Assembly (NCBI GenBank): GCA_963820525.1
Contig: CAWGAA010000001.1
Span: forward strand, 2,496,001 to 2,560,000
Direction of reading: 5' to 3'
Length of the DNA stretch: 64,000 nucleotides
Source: an uncultured Spirochaetota bacterium
GTDB taxonomy: Bacteria > Spirochaetota > Spirochaetia > SZUA-6 > Fen-1364
Shown here piece after piece: positions 9,501 to 20,137 of this stretch. The position numbers and the translations under genes were made by a program. Position 1 is the stretch's first letter. Each line of letters opens with the position of its first letter. The notes beneath the pieces are model-generated. The model saw only the letters and a program-made list of their open reading frames with translations, was not told where the DNA came from and did not search any database.

Positions 9501-10503
9501 CGAGGCGGCGCAGACGGATCTGGCGGAGATCAAGAACGCGATCAAGAGGGCTTCCGCTCTCACCAGCCGCCTGCTGGCGTTCAGCCGCCGGCAAATTCTC
9601 CAGCCCGAGGTCCTCGACCTGAACGCCCTCCTGGCGGGCTGCGCAAATCTCCTTCGCCCCCTCATCGGAGAGGACATCGAGCTGGTGATCCATCCCGCAT
9701 CCAGGCAGGGGCGGATCAAGGCAGACCCGTACCAGATCGAGCAGGTCATCATCAACCTTGCCGTGAACGCCCGGGACGCGATGCCCTCCGGCGGGAAGCT
9801 CATCCTGGAAACCTCGGACCGCGACCTTTCATTCGAAGATGCCGTGGCGCTCTCCCTGCCCCACGGGAAATACGTCGTCCTGAGGGTTCAGGACACGGGC
9901 ATCGGCATGAGCGACGAGATCAAGAGCCACATGTTCGAGCCTTTCTTCACTACCAAGGAGGACGGCAAGGGAACGGGCCTCGGGCTTTCCACGGTGTATG
10001 GCATCGTCAGTCAGACCGGCGGGGCCATCAGCGTGGAAAGCGAACAGAACAAGGGAACGCTCTTCACGATCACCATACCGTGGGCCTCGGAGGAACGCGT
10101 TTCCGCTCCGGCCAGCATCCACGCCGAGCGAGTGCCTGCAGGAACGGGCACGATTCTCCTCGTGGAGGACGACGAGATGGTCCGCGACCTCGCCGGCCGG
10201 ATCCTCGCGAACGCGGGTTATACTATCCTGGAGGCGGCATCGGGGGAGAGTGCCGCCCAGATCGCCTCCCAGCAGCAGGTCATCGACCTCATGATTACCG
10301 ACATCGTGATGCCGGGGATGAAGGGGATGGAGCTGGCGGAGCTATTAGGTGAATCGCGGCCGGACATGCCCGTGCTTTTCATGTCGGGATACACCGATGA
10401 CCCCACGATCCACCTCGGGGTCTCCGACGGCCTGCCGTTCATCTCCAAGCCCTTCCAGCCGGAAGAGCTCCTGAAAAAAGTCTCAGAGTTGATGACGAAA
10501 TAG
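6589..10503 (+). CDS. Hybrid sensor histidine kinase (multi-TM, GAF-GAF-PAS-GAF, HisKA, HATPase, REC)
   Basis: About 7 TM N-terminus; GAF motifs (RSELAVPL, SWLGVPM); AHDFNN H-box; NLAVNARDAM; GKGTGLGL; REC with LVEDD/DIVMP/KPF. Confidence 0.95.
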   Translation: MPILLILDITSLALSIVLSTSLVLMVLGYGRKSASVFFAHFASGVGAWSLFTLLLRLSLWFHEGNPGLLLELATLGVTVSVLFLFLFAARYAKVKSIWPDAVSVALLVIVATLSYLLFTGRLVSAPRIIGNGTTHFDLSRAGLLCSFAVWIPLALALVLLWKRRRAGEMFIQLSALVFSLGLVLEFLAGLAVPIMSVTNAISVGMLGLGVARRQLFNPLRELTERLERKVAERTEDLERARSEVERIVDERTVQLLGEIGERRKAEKSLKERAERLELIARIGGKTTALLGLDELLHQAVTLIRDAFQYLSADIFLTEGDSIVLRASTLISLKPFAGRFRLRIGVEGITGWVAATGEAISVPDVTKDSRYVTLVDDVETRSELAVPLKLRGKVIGVLDVQSARVDAFTPLDMFTQQTIADQLANAIDNVQLYQQVTRRAERLALMNRVSSAVNAVLDLSDLMETVYREITPIFQADVFFIALLDGEGGQLDFRFLVEEGVRDSLGRKPLGADLASRIIKEKKPLLMSDLPGELERLGDPALRSAAKIPSSWLGVPMLIGERPVGVISVQTYEARPYDAEDCTLLSTVADQVAVAVENARLYEALKQELSERLRTEKHLRESEEQFRNLAEQLPNMIFINKGGRVVYVNQRCADVTGYTREEIYSPGFHFMDLTAPEHRQDVMQKFRMHMRGEEVSPYEYAFITREGKKIEAILTTKLIHHAGEDAILGIITDITARKRTELLLRSLNVAALAMQQALTPKEIFPAAVRELNDLGFACAVLLADASKRRLAIRYAVGFAHHDITVVDEQTDSEAVWLPIDGVPAVVAVIRERQTVLTEFEAAYIGSQPSLAIISEWLASHSVDRVRAIISPLSVGDDVFGLLVVSADSLSQNDLPIISAFAHQTAAAWRKTLLMQDLARSLEELRTTQDLLLHAQKMEAIGRLAGGIAHDFNNVLTVISGYTSLLVDSLQNNEAAQTDLAEIKNAIKRASALTSRLLAFSRRQILQPEVLDLNALLAGCANLLRPLIGEDIELVIHPASRQGRIKADPYQIEQVIINLAVNARDAMPSGGKLILETSDRDLSFEDAVALSLPHGKYVVLRVQDTGIGMSDEIKSHMFEPFFTTKEDGKGTGLGLSTVYGIVSQTGGAISVESEQNKGTLFTITIPWASEERVSAPASIHAERVPAGTGTILLVEDDEMVRDLAGRILANAGYTILEAASGESAAQIASQQQVIDLMITDIVMPGMKGMELAELLGESRPDMPVLFMSGYTDDPTIHLGVSDGLPFISKPFQPEELLKKVSELMTK

Positions 10504-10540
10504 AGACCGGCGTCCATCCGCGCCGCGGCGGGTACTTCTT

Positions 10541-12283
10541 CTAGAACAACCCCGTCACCTTGCCGGTGTCGACGTCAACATCGATGTTCCTGAAGTTGGG
10601 CTCCGAGGCGGTGCCCGGCATGAGCTTGATATCGCCCGCAACGGGAACCACGAAGCCCGCCCCTCGATAGAGAAGGACGTCCCGCACGGGAAGCGTCCAT
10701 CCCCGCGGCCGGCCCTTCACGGCGGGATCGTGCGAGAGGCTCAGGTGAGTCTTCACCATGCAGGTGCCCAGCCGGGAGAGCTCGGCGTCCTTCTCGATGG
10801 CATCCACCTTCTGCCGCGCAGCGGGGCTGTAGGAGACTCCCTCCGCCCCGTAGACCTCGGTGGCGATGAGCCTGATGCGCTCCGAGAGAGGCGTCGTCTC
10901 CTGGTAGAGGTACCTGAAGTCGGGCGGCCGGGAGCAGGCGTCCACGACGGCCTCGGCAAGCTCCTCCGCCCCCTCCCCGCCCCGCTCCCAGTGTTTCCCC
11001 ACGGCCACGCGGGCGCCTGCGGCCTGGGCGGCCTTTCGCACGATCTCGATCTCCTCGGCCGTGTCCGTGGCGAAATGGTTGATGCACACCACGGGCTCGA
11101 TGCCGGAAAGGCGCACCGTCCCGATATGGGCGAGGAGGTTCTCAACGCCCTTCTCGACGAGCCCCGTGTTCTTCTCACGGTATGCCGCGTTCAAAGGCTT
11201 TCCCGGCGAAACGCGGGGGCCTCCGCCGTGCATCTTCAGGGCGCGTATCGTGCACACAACCACGGAAGCATTCGGCACGAGGCCGGACGCGCGGCACTTG
11301 AGGTTCCAGAATTTCTCGAAGCCGATGTCCGCCCCGAACCCGCTCTCCGTGACGTGGTAGTCCGCCAGCTTCAGCCCGAGGCGGTCCGCGATGATCGACG
11401 ACTGGCCGATCGCGATATTGGCAAAGGGCCCCGCGTGCACGAAAACGGGCTGCCCCTCGAGAGTCTGCAGGAGGTTGGGGTTGATGGCCCGGGCCATGAG
11501 GGCCGTCATGGCGCCGTCCACGCCCAGGTCAGCCGTCGTGACGGGAGCGCCGGATTTCGCGTAGGCAACGACGATCCTCGAGATGCGCTGCCTCATGTCC
11601 TTGAGGTCCGAGGCAACCGCGAGAATGGCCATGAGCTCGGAGGACACGGTGATCTGGAAGGAGCTCTTCATCAGGAAGCCGTCCATGTCCGTTCCCAGGC
11701 CGATGATGATCTCCCGCAGCGCCTGGGCGCAGAAATCGATGGCCCAGCCCTGGGCGACGGTGCGCGGATCTATGTCCAGCCGAGGGATGCCCTTTCGGGC
11801 GAGTTCCTTGTCCGAATAGTTGAACTCGTGCTGGATGCGCGCGGTGAGCGCCACCATGGAGAGGTTGTGGGCGTTGGTGATGGCGTCGATGTCGCCGGTA
11901 AGACCCAGGCTCAGCTCGGTGAGGGGGATGCACTGGGCGCGCCCGCCCCCGGCAGCGGAGCCCTTGATGTTGAAGGTGGGACCGCTTGAGGGCTGGCGGA
12001 TCGCGCCGATCACCCGCTTTCCCAGCCTGCCCAACCCCTCCACGAGCCCCATCGTCGTCGTGGACTTGCCTTCTCCCAGCGGGGTGGGAGTGATGGCAGT
12101 CACATTGATGTACTTGCCGTTCGGCCTGTGCGACAACCGCCTGAGAATGCTCGTGAAATCCAGCTTGGCCACGGAGTGGCCGTAGGGCAGAAGCTCCCGC
12201 GCTTCAACGCCGAGCTCCTCAGCGAGCCGGCTCACCGGTTTCATCCGGCTCTCGGCATCCTCCGCGATCTGCCATTCCTTCAT
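10541..12283 (-). CDS. fhs: Formate--tetrahydrofolate ligase
   Basis: [58 protein letters not shown]. Confidence 0.97.
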   Translation of the reverse strand: MKEWQIAEDAESRMKPVSRLAEELGVEARELLPYGHSVAKLDFTSILRRLSHRPNGKYINVTAITPTPLGEGKSTTTMGLVEGLGRLGKRVIGAIRQPSSGPTFNIKGSAAGGGRAQCIPLTELSLGLTGDIDAITNAHNLSMVALTARIQHEFNYSDKELARKGIPRLDIDPRTVAQGWAIDFCAQALREIIIGLGTDMDGFLMKSSFQITVSSELMAILAVASDLKDMRQRISRIVVAYAKSGAPVTTADLGVDGAMTALMARAINPNLLQTLEGQPVFVHAGPFANIAIGQSSIIADRLGLKLADYHVTESGFGADIGFEKFWNLKCRASGLVPNASVVVCTIRALKMHGGGPRVSPGKPLNAAYREKNTGLVEKGVENLLAHIGTVRLSGIEPVVCINHFATDTAEEIEIVRKAAQAAGARVAVGKHWERGGEGAEELAEAVVDACSRPPDFRYLYQETTPLSERIRLIATEVYGAEGVSYSPAARQKVDAIEKDAELSRLGTCMVKTHLSLSHDPAVKGRPRGWTLPVRDVLLYRGAGFVVPVAGDIKLMPGTASEPNFRNIDVDVDTGKVTGLF

Positions 12284-12371
12284 GATTTTCTTCCCTCACG
12301 ATGCTATATCCTTCACGGGAGCTTGCGCAAGAATCTCCCCTCGTGTATATCACTTGGTGCAAAGGGGCCTC

Positions 12372-14289
12372 ATGAGCAATCCGATCAAGTTCCTCTTCAT
12401 TCGAACAACCCTCAAGGTCGAGTTCATCATCTACCTGGTGCCGGTTCCCGTGCTGGTGTATTTTTCTCTCTTCGCCTTCCGGTTCGCCAAAGCGGATCCC
12501 ACCCTTTTCATGGCATGCGTCACGGCTGCCATCACTGTCGCCCTGGTGGGAGGGGGCCTGGTTCGATGGCTCCAGGTGAGGCCCATGGTGCGCCTTTCCC
12601 GGGGGGACCTCAAGCGTGACCCGCGCCTTCTCTCGCGCGCGGTGCGCTCCGCCCATACCCTCCCCCTGGTGGAGAGCATCAGCGTCTTCCTGAGGTGGCT
12701 CCTCGCGCCGGGGGTCTCTGTCACCCTGCCCTTCGCCCTCATGGGGAGGCTCAGCACTCTGGAGATCGCCTCGGTCACCATCTTCACGGGAATCACGGGC
12801 CTGGTCTCGATACCCCTCGTCTACCACATCTGCGAAACCGAGTCGGTGCGATTCCTGGAGTACATCCGGAAGGGCGGGATCACGCAGGATTTCTCCAGTC
12901 CCATCCGCATCAGCATCACGGCGCGGCTGGTCACCACGCTCCTGCTTGTCATCTCGTATCCCGCGGGGCTTTTTCTCCACCTCATCATCATGTCCAACTC
13001 CGGATACCTCGACCTCAGGACGATCCCCGTCGGATTCGGCCTCCTGATCTTCTGTTCCGCCCTGTTGTCCGTGGTCGTTGCCGTGCTCTTCTCCCGGAGC
13101 GTGGGGGTGACCCTGCGGGGCATGAACAGGAACCTCGAGGGTGTATCGCGCGGAGACCTCACCCTGGACCTCACGGTTCGCGACGGCGACGAGATGGGAG
13201 AAGCTCGCCCGGCACTACAACAACGTCGTCGACGCCCTGGGCTCCAGCGTGGAGTCAGTGCGAAGCTCCGCCGGAAGGCTCTCCCAGTGGGTCCGCGACA
13301 TCTCCTCCGCCTCGGACGCGCTGGCGGACGCGAGCGCGAGCCAGCAGGCCCATACCCAATCCGTGCTCGCCACCGTGGAGCAGTTCTCCGCCAGCCTCCA
13401 GGCCATGACGGATCGCGTCGTCACCCACTCCCAGACCGTGGCGGAGAGCGCCGCGGCCGTGGAGGAGCTCTCGGCGGGCGTCTCCTCGATCGCGCGCGGA
13501 GCGGCGGCGGTGCAGGAGACCGTGGGAGACAACGTCGCCTCCATAGGAAAGGGCCGCGAGAAGATCCAAAGCTCCATCGACGAGACCCTGCGGATGAACG
13601 AAAGCCTCGGGAGGATCTCCTCCACGGTCCGGGACATCGGCGCCCGCTTCCAGCAGATAGAAGAGACCCTCTCGATCGTCCAGGACATCGCAGGACAGAC
13701 CAACACCCTCGCCATGAACGCGGCCATCGAAGCGGCGCACGCGGGGGATGCGGGCCGGGGATTCGCCATCGTCGCCTCCGAGGTGCGCAGGCTCGCCGAG
13801 CGCTCGAGCCTTTTCGTCAAGGAGATCGGCGCTGTCATGAAGGACATCGGCCGCAAGATGGGGGAGGCGGTGCGGGCGGCGGAGCTGGGTGAGGAGACCT
13901 CCCGGGCGGGGAGGAGCGCGGCCGAAGAGGCCCAGCAGGCCGTGGAAGGGATCATGGCGAGCATCGAGCGCATCAATACCATGGTTTCCGAGATCAGCCG
14001 GACCACGGGAGAGCAGGCGCAGGCTGCCTCACACGCCCTCGCGGGGATCGACGCGCTGCGCCAGTTCACCCAGACCGTGCGGGCCGAAGTGGAGGCCCAG
14101 GCCTCTTCTGCACTGGCGATAGCGCAGGCCATCAAGGCCATCGGGGAAAGCACGGAAAAGAACACCCGCGCTTCTCACGGTCTTTCCGAGCTCGCCACGG
14201 CCTTGCAGTCCAAGAGCGAGGAGCTTTCAACGACGGTGAGCGGGTTCCGGCTGCGGGAGGGGAAAAACGGTGGAAAAGTCCATGGATGA
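12372..14289 (+). pseudogene. Methyl-accepting chemotaxis protein, frameshifted at about 13200 (possibly an assembly error)
   Basis: Multi-TM N-terminus plus HAMP (GDLTLDL..DEMG) in one frame; LARHYN and signalling domain IAGQTNTLAMNAAIEAAHAGDAGRGFAIVASEVRRLAERS in the +1 frame. Confidence 0.88.
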
Positions 14290-15727
14290 GCCCGCAGCTT
14301 CGGGTACGCAACGCAAAGGCTTTTTTGCGCTGCTCGAAGAGCGCGTGCGGGCAAACCGGTCGCTTCTCTGCATCGGGATCGATCCGCCGCTGGACAACGC
14401 AGCAGGCGATTCGCTTTTTTCCTTCGGGCGGAGGATCGTCGAGGCGACGGCGGAAGCGGCGTGCACCTACAAGCCGAACATCGCCTTCTACGAGGCCCGC
14501 GGCCCGAAAGGGCTCGAAGCCCTGCGGGAGACCATTGACTTCATCCACTCCCTGGGCTTTCCCGTCATCCTCGACGCCAAGCGCGGCGACATCTCCGCAA
14601 CGGCCTCCGCGTACGCCCATGCGGCTTTCGACGTATGTGACGCCGACGCTCTCACCGTCAACCCGCTCCTGGGCGCAGACAGCGTGGAGCCGTTTGCCTC
14701 GCGCGCGGAGCGCGGCGTGTTCGTTCTCTGCCACACCTCCAACCCAGGCGCCGCGGACTTCCAGGAGCTCCAGACCCCGAAAGGCCCGCTGTACGAGAGG
14801 ATCGCGCGCATGGCGGTCTCGTGGAACACCGGCGGCAACATCGGCCTTGTCATCGGCGCCACCTTTCCCTGGATTCTGGAGAGCGTGCGTCGCATAGCCC
14901 CGGACATGTGGTTCCTTATCCCCGGGGTGGGCAGCCAGGGAGGAGACCTTGAGGCGTCGCTGGAAGCGGGGCTCACCGCGGAAGCGAGCGGCGTGCTCAT
15001 CAACGTGTCGCGCGGCATCTCGGGGGCGGCTGACCCCCGAAAGGCAGCAATCGTATTCCGCGACAGGATCAACGAGACACGGGAGAAAATCCTCGCAGCC
15101 CACCGCCATGCCGCCGGGCAAGAGCCCGGGATGCCCTTGAGCCAATCCATCGCCCTCGGCCTCTTCGATCTGGGAGCGGTCCGCTTCGGCGAGTTCACCC
15201 TGAAGTCTGGAATGAAGTCGCCCATCTACATCGACCTCCGCCTCCTGGTGAGCGATCCCGGGCTCATGGGACTGGTGGCGAAAGCCATGGGTGAGCTTCT
15301 CTCCGGCCTCAGCTTCGACCGCATCGCGGCCATCCCCTATGGAGGGCTTCCCATCGGACAGGCCGTATCGCTCGAGACGGGCAAGCCCTTGATCTACCCC
15401 CGCCGGGAAGTGAAGGAGTATGGGACCAAAAAGCCGATCGAGGGGAAATTCGAGACGGGGGAAACCGTGGTGGTCCTCGACGATCTCATCACCACGGGCG
15501 GCAGCAAGATCGAGGCGGTGGATCCGCTGAAGGAGGCCGGCCTGGCGGTGCGCGACATGGTCGTGCTGATCGACCGCGAGCAGGGCGGGGCGCGGGAGCT
15601 CGAAAAGCGCGGATACACTCTTCACGCCGTGCTCACCGTGAGCGAGCTCCTCGATACCCTGGTGAGCGCCGGCCGGATCGGGGAGGATGTTCGGGCCCGG
15701 GTGCGCGAGGCCCTCGGAATCGCGTGA
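14270..15727 (+). CDS. pyrF: Bifunctional OMP decarboxylase / orotate phosphoribosyltransferase (PyrF-PyrE fusion)
   Basis: [32 protein letters not shown]; then [19 protein letters not shown] and [13 protein letters not shown]. Confidence 0.95.
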   Translation: MEKSMDEPAASGTQRKGFFALLEERVRANRSLLCIGIDPPLDNAAGDSLFSFGRRIVEATAEAACTYKPNIAFYEARGPKGLEALRETIDFIHSLGFPVILDAKRGDISATASAYAHAAFDVCDADALTVNPLLGADSVEPFASRAERGVFVLCHTSNPGAADFQELQTPKGPLYERIARMAVSWNTGGNIGLVIGATFPWILESVRRIAPDMWFLIPGVGSQGGDLEASLEAGLTAEASGVLINVSRGISGAADPRKAAIVFRDRINETREKILAAHRHAAGQEPGMPLSQSIALGLFDLGAVRFGEFTLKSGMKSPIYIDLRLLVSDPGLMGLVAKAMGELLSGLSFDRIAAIPYGGLPIGQAVSLETGKPLIYPRREVKEYGTKKPIEGKFETGETVVVLDDLITTGGSKIEAVDPLKEAGLAVRDMVVLIDREQGGARELEKRGYTLHAVLTVSELLDTLVSAGRIGEDVRARVREALGIA

Positions 15728-16752
15728 CCTCAAGCCCGGCGCAAGGCTTTGAAGCCATGAGAGAACATCCCAGGGTAGAGCTTTCCTGCGCCATCGCCGG
15801 AGTCCGCTTGAAGAACCCCCTCGTGCTCGCATCGGGCATCTGGGGGACAACTCCAGCCCTTCTCGTGCGGGCAGCGCAGTCGGGCGCCGGCGCCGTGACC
15901 GCCAAGACCTGCACTCCGTCGCCTCGAAGAGGCCACGGGAACCCGACCGCCATCGACTGGGGAGCCGGGCTTATCAACGCCATGGGACTCCCCAATCCGG
16001 GAGTCGAAGAGGAGACCGATCTCCTGCGTGAGGCGCGCGAAAAACTTGCCCCCCTCGGCGTCCCCCTCATCGCGAGCATCTCGGCGGACACGGCCGAGGG
16101 TTTCGCTGAGGCGGCCGCCCGGGTGGCGAGGGCGGCGCCCGACCTGATCGAGCTCAACATCTCCTGCCCCAATGTGCAGGCCGAGCACGGCGAGATCTTC
16201 GCCGCCAGGCCAGAGTGCGCCGCCCTCGCCACCCGGGCGGCCGTGTCGGCAACCTCGATTCCCTGCGTGGTCAAGCTCGCTCCGAACGTTCCTTCCATCG
16301 CGGAGATCGCCCAGGCAGTCGTGGAAGCCGGGGCGCGCGCCCTCACGGCCATCAACACGATGCCGGGCATGCTGATCGACGCGGATGCAGGGATTCCCGT
16401 GCTGGCAAACCGCGTGGGGGGAATCTCGGGGCCGGCATTAAAGCCCATTGCCCTGCGCTGCGTCTACGAGGCGGCCGAGGCAGTGAGCGTGCCCATCATC
16501 GGAACGGGGGGAGTTCTCTCGGGAACGGACGCGGTTGAGCTGCTCATGGCGGGAGCAACCGCCGTCGGAGTGGGCTCTGCGATCTGGTATCGGGGAGAGA
16601 GCGCATTCGGCTTGATCCTCTCCGAGCTCGAGGAGTGGCTTGGCAGCCGGGGATATGGCTCCCTCGATGAGGTGAGGGGGATTGCGCACCGATCGGCGAA
16701 GCCGAAGAAGGCCAGCAATCCGCCGCCGGTCCCGGGCTGGGTCAAGAAATGA
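15724..16752 (+). CDS. pyrD: Dihydroorotate dehydrogenase family 1B catalytic subunit
   Basis: [45 protein letters not shown]; start may be 15757. Confidence 0.95.
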   Translation: MTSSPAQGFEAMREHPRVELSCAIAGVRLKNPLVLASGIWGTTPALLVRAAQSGAGAVTAKTCTPSPRRGHGNPTAIDWGAGLINAMGLPNPGVEEETDLLREAREKLAPLGVPLIASISADTAEGFAEAAARVARAAPDLIELNISCPNVQAEHGEIFAARPECAALATRAAVSATSIPCVVKLAPNVPSIAEIAQAVVEAGARALTAINTMPGMLIDADAGIPVLANRVGGISGPALKPIALRCVYEAAEAVSVPIIGTGGVLSGTDAVELLMAGATAVGVGSAIWYRGESAFGLILSELEEWLGSRGYGSLDEVRGIAHRSAKPKKASNPPPVPGWVKK

Positions 16753-17561
16753 AAAGCGCAGGACAGAATCATAATGCCCAGCTGCGCGCAGGCCACGCCG
16801 CGGCCATGCGCCCGGATGTGCCACGGGCTGCCAGAATCGCCCAACGGGTGGGGGAAAACTCGAAAACCGTCAGCCTAGTGCTCGAGGCGAGCATGACCGC
16901 CCAATGCGGGCAGTTCGCGATGCTGTGGCTCCCCGGCATGGACGAGAAGCCCTTCAGCATCGCCGCAAGCGACCCCCTGATGTTCACCATCGCGCGTGTG
17001 GGCCCCTTCAGCGAGGCGCTCCACGATCTCGGCCCCGGAGACCGGATCTGGTACAGGGGCCCGTTCGGAAGAGGATTCACGACTGCCCACGGCGGCTCCC
17101 TCCTCGTGGGAGGAGGCTATGGGGCGGCGCCGCTTCACTTCCTTGCCCGCGAGATCCTCGCATCTTCCAACCCCACGGCGAACGAGCGGGCGCCCGACGT
17201 GAGGCCGATCATCGTGATCGGCGCCCGAAGCGCCGCGGACCTGCTCTTTATCGACAGGTTCAAGGAGCTCGGGCTCGAGGTGCACGCCACCACGGAGGAC
17301 GGTTCCTCCGGCGCTAAGGGCTTGGTCACCGAGGCGGTAAAGCCGCTCCTCGATTCCGGGAGGGTCCGGCGGCTGTACTCCTGCGGCCCGGAGGCGATGC
17401 TCGAAGCCCTCGCCTCACTCTGTATTCAAGCGGGAGTAGAGGCCGAGCTTTCCCACGAGGCGTACATGCGCTGCGGTATCGGCATCTGCGGCGCCTGCGA
17501 GCACGGAGGAAGACTCGTGTGCATGGACGGACCCGTTTTCACAGTGCCTCCGCGCACGTGA
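16749..17561 (+). CDS. pyrK: Dihydroorotate dehydrogenase electron transfer subunit
   Basis: [52 protein letters not shown] (2Fe-2S). Confidence 0.93.
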   Translation: MKSAGQNHNAQLRAGHAAAMRPDVPRAARIAQRVGENSKTVSLVLEASMTAQCGQFAMLWLPGMDEKPFSIAASDPLMFTIARVGPFSEALHDLGPGDRIWYRGPFGRGFTTAHGGSLLVGGGYGAAPLHFLAREILASSNPTANERAPDVRPIIVIGARSAADLLFIDRFKELGLEVHATTEDGSSGAKGLVTEAVKPLLDSGRVRRLYSCGPEAMLEALASLCIQAGVEAELSHEAYMRCGIGICGACEHGGRLVCMDGPVFTVPPRT

Positions 17562-17591
17562 CTGGGCATGCCCCCTCTCGGGATACGGCGC

Positions 17592-17621
17592 TTGATACTG
17601 TGGAAGGCAAGGAGATAGAAT
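17592..17621 (+). promoter_or_regulatory. Putative sigma70 promoter of the kinase-asparaginase-methyltransferase-trpS operon
   Basis: TTGATA-N18-TAGAAT. Confidence 0.5.
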
Positions 17622-17688
17622 TGCAGTACATGAAAGCGGCGGGCCCGAAGGAACGCTGTACGGAGAGCCGCACACGAGAGAGCGACGG

Positions 17689-18837
17689 ATGAGCGAGAAG
17701 AAGGACACCGATTCCCACCCCGCCGGAAAGCTCGAGAGAAACGAGACGACGCGACAAGCGCGGGAGGTGAGGGGTGAAGCACTGCTCTCCCAGACCCTGG
17801 ATCGCCTCCAGGGTCTGATCCTCGTGGTGAACGCTCAGAGAAAGGTCGTTTTCGCCAACCAGGCCTTCCTCGATTTTTTCTCCGCAGGGGATGCTGAAGA
17901 GATCTGCGGGATGAGGCCGGGGGAAATCTTCCACTGCGCCCACGCGGACGAGGCTGAGGGAGGATGCGGCGAGTCGGAAAGCTGCCAGTTCTGCGGCGTG
18001 GTGCAGGCGATCAGGGAAACCCAGGCCACAAGAAAGCCAGCCACGAGGGAATGCCACATCGCCAGGGGGGAGGAGGCGGAGGTCACCTCCCACGAGTTTC
18101 TGGCGCGAACGGTCCCCTTCGAGATCGGGGGCACCCCTTACGTTCTGGTCAGCCTCAGGGACGTGGGCGGCCAGAAGCGCAGGATCGCCCTGGAACGCAT
18201 CTTCTTCCATGACATTCTCAATACGGCCTCCAGCATCAAGGTCTACCTCGATCTGCTTCGAAACGGCTTAAGCGATGATGGAAACCGAAAGCTCCTGGAG
18301 CGGCTCGAATCGATCGCAGACATGCTGCTCGAAGAGATCCAGAGCCAGAAGATCCTCGTCTCCGCGGAAAACAAGACCCTCACGGTCCAGAAAAACCTCA
18401 TTGTATCGACCGGGTTCATCACGCGGATCATCCAGCCCTTCGAGGAGCTCGACATCTCCCGGGGGAAGAAGATCGTCGTCGCTCCGTTCTCCGAGTCCTT
18501 CTCCTTCATGAGCGACGATTCACTCCTGCGAAGGGTGATCGCCAACATGCTGAAGAACGCGCTGGAAGCCTCTCCGGAGGGCGCGACGGTGACGGTTGGC
18601 TTCGGCAAGATAGATGTCGAGCGCGTTCGGTTCTGGATCCACAACCCCACCTTCATCGAAGAGGTGATCCAGCGGCAGATCTTTCAGAGGTATTTCTCGA
18701 CCAAGGGGGAGGACCGGGGGCTGGGAACATACAGCATGAAGCTGCTCACCGAGGAGTACCTGGGGGGAAAGGTGGGATTCGAATCCACGCGGGAGAAGGG
18801 CACCACGTTCAGTGTGACCATCCCCGTCCGGCCATGA
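17689..18837 (+). CDS. Cytoplasmic PAS-domain histidine kinase with Cys-rich insert
   Basis: PAS (VVNAQRKVVFANQ); FFHDILN H-box; NMLKNALEA; FSTKGEDRGLGTYSMK. Confidence 0.9.
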   Translation: MSEKKDTDSHPAGKLERNETTRQAREVRGEALLSQTLDRLQGLILVVNAQRKVVFANQAFLDFFSAGDAEEICGMRPGEIFHCAHADEAEGGCGESESCQFCGVVQAIRETQATRKPATRECHIARGEEAEVTSHEFLARTVPFEIGGTPYVLVSLRDVGGQKRRIALERIFFHDILNTASSIKVYLDLLRNGLSDDGNRKLLERLESIADMLLEEIQSQKILVSAENKTLTVQKNLIVSTGFITRIIQPFEELDISRGKKIVVAPFSESFSFMSDDSLLRRVIANMLKNALEASPEGATVTVGFGKIDVERVRFWIHNPTFIEEVIQRQIFQRYFSTKGEDRGLGTYSMKLLTEEYLGGKVGFESTREKGTTFSVTIPVRP

Positions 18838-19337
18838 AGATCCGCATCATCATCACGGGCGGCACCTTCGACAAGACCTATGACGAGGTTCGGGGCAGCC
18901 TCACCTTTCGCGACACGCACCTCCCCGAGATCCTCGCCTTCACCCGCTGTACCGTTCCCATCGAGCTGGAGCTCAACCAGCTCATCGACAGCCTCGACAT
19001 GCAGGAGGCAAACCGCCTGCAGATCCTGGAGGCATGCACGCGGGCGGCCGAGCGGCTCATCGTAGTCACCCACGGAACCGATACGATGATAGAGACCGCG
19101 GGGGTGTTGGGCGCCGCCGCCCTGGACAAGACGATCGTGCTCACGGGCTCCATGGTGCCCTACACATTCACCAGCTCCGACGCCGTGTTCAATCTCGCCT
19201 CGGCCATCACGGCCGTCCAGCTCCTGCCCCGGGGAGTCTTCATCGCCATGAACGGCCGGATCTTTCCCTGGGACGACGTGAGAAAGAACAGGGAGGCAGG
19301 CGTCTTCGAGGAGAAAAGGGGGGATCGGCAGAAATGA
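18834..19337 (+). CDS. Short asparaginase-domain protein (N-terminal domain only)
   Basis: TGGTFDK, DSLDM, VTHGTDTM, VLTGSMVP, SDAVFNL. Confidence 0.9.
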   Translation: MKIRIIITGGTFDKTYDEVRGSLTFRDTHLPEILAFTRCTVPIELELNQLIDSLDMQEANRLQILEACTRAAERLIVVTHGTDTMIETAGVLGAAALDKTIVLTGSMVPYTFTSSDAVFNLASAITAVQLLPRGVFIAMNGRIFPWDDVRKNREAGVFEEKRGDRQK

Positions 19338-20137
19338 GCGCGGCCAAGGGCGACCGAAAGCACGAGCGCGCCGCCCAGCCCTATGGGGAGCGGTTCGCCA
19401 GGATCTACAATCTGCGCTGGTCGGGGTTCGCGACGGCGGTCGCCCCGGTGATCCACGCCTTCTACAAGAGCCTTCCCATCGCCTCCTCCAACACCCGCCT
19501 CTTGGACGTTGCATGCGGGACCGGGCAGCTGATGGCCTGGTTCCTGGAGCGCGGCTACACGGTGACCGGCCTGGACGCCTCGGAGGCGATGCTGGCGATC
19601 GCCCGGCGCAATGCGGGCAGGTATGCCCGGGAGGGGAAGGCCGACTTCGTGCGCGCCGACGCCACGGACTTCCGCATCCAGCGCGGCTACGGCCTCGTTG
19701 TATCCACCTTCGATGCGCTCAACCACCTTCCCGACAGGGAGAGCCTCGGTTCGTGCTTTGCCTCCGTGCACCGTGTCCTCGCCCCCGGCGGCTGCTTTAT
19801 ATTCGACTTGAACACGGAGAAGGGGCTTCGGATGTGGAACTCGATCTCGGTCGAGGAGACCGACGAGCTTTTCATCGTCAACCGCGGGGTCTATGGAGAA
19901 GGGATGGGGAGCGCCTTCATGAAGGTCACCGGATTCGTGAAGGCCGAAAAGGAGCGCTACGAGCGCTTCGAGCAGACAGCCTACAACACGATTTTCTCCA
20001 TGCGCGAGGTGCATGAGGAGCTGGCCGGTGCGGGGTTCGCCGGCTCCTACTTCAGCACGGCGAAGGACTTGAGCGTGAAGGTGCACAGTCCCGAGGACCT
20101 TCCCCGGGTGTTCATCGTGGCCAGGAGAGCCGGGTGA
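19334..20137 (+). CDS. Class I SAM-dependent methyltransferase
   Basis: LLDVACGTG, GLDASEAML, FDALNHL, LAPGGCFIFD; ATGA overlap with upstream stop. Confidence 0.92.
   Translation: MSAAKGDRKHERAAQPYGERFARIYNLRWSGFATAVAPVIHAFYKSLPIASSNTRLLDVACGTGQLMAWFLERGYTVTGLDASEAMLAIARRNAGRYAREGKADFVRADATDFRIQRGYGLVVSTFDALNHLPDRESLGSCFASVHRVLAPGGCFIFDLNTEKGLRMWNSISVEETDELFIVNRGVYGEGMGSAFMKVTGFVKAEKERYERFEQTAYNTIFSMREVHEELAGAGFAGSYFSTAKDLSVKVHSPEDLPRVFIVARRAG

Noticed and set aside
7066..9693. 875-aa antisense ORF and similar long shadow ORFs (22861..24585, 14132..15850, 46654..48087)
   Set aside because: They mirror well-supported genes on the opposite strand; expected from high-GC codon bias; no motifs
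18834..19337. Asparaginase as a truncated pseudogene
   Set aside because: Catalytic motifs are intact and both ends overlap neighbours cleanly; short single-domain forms are known
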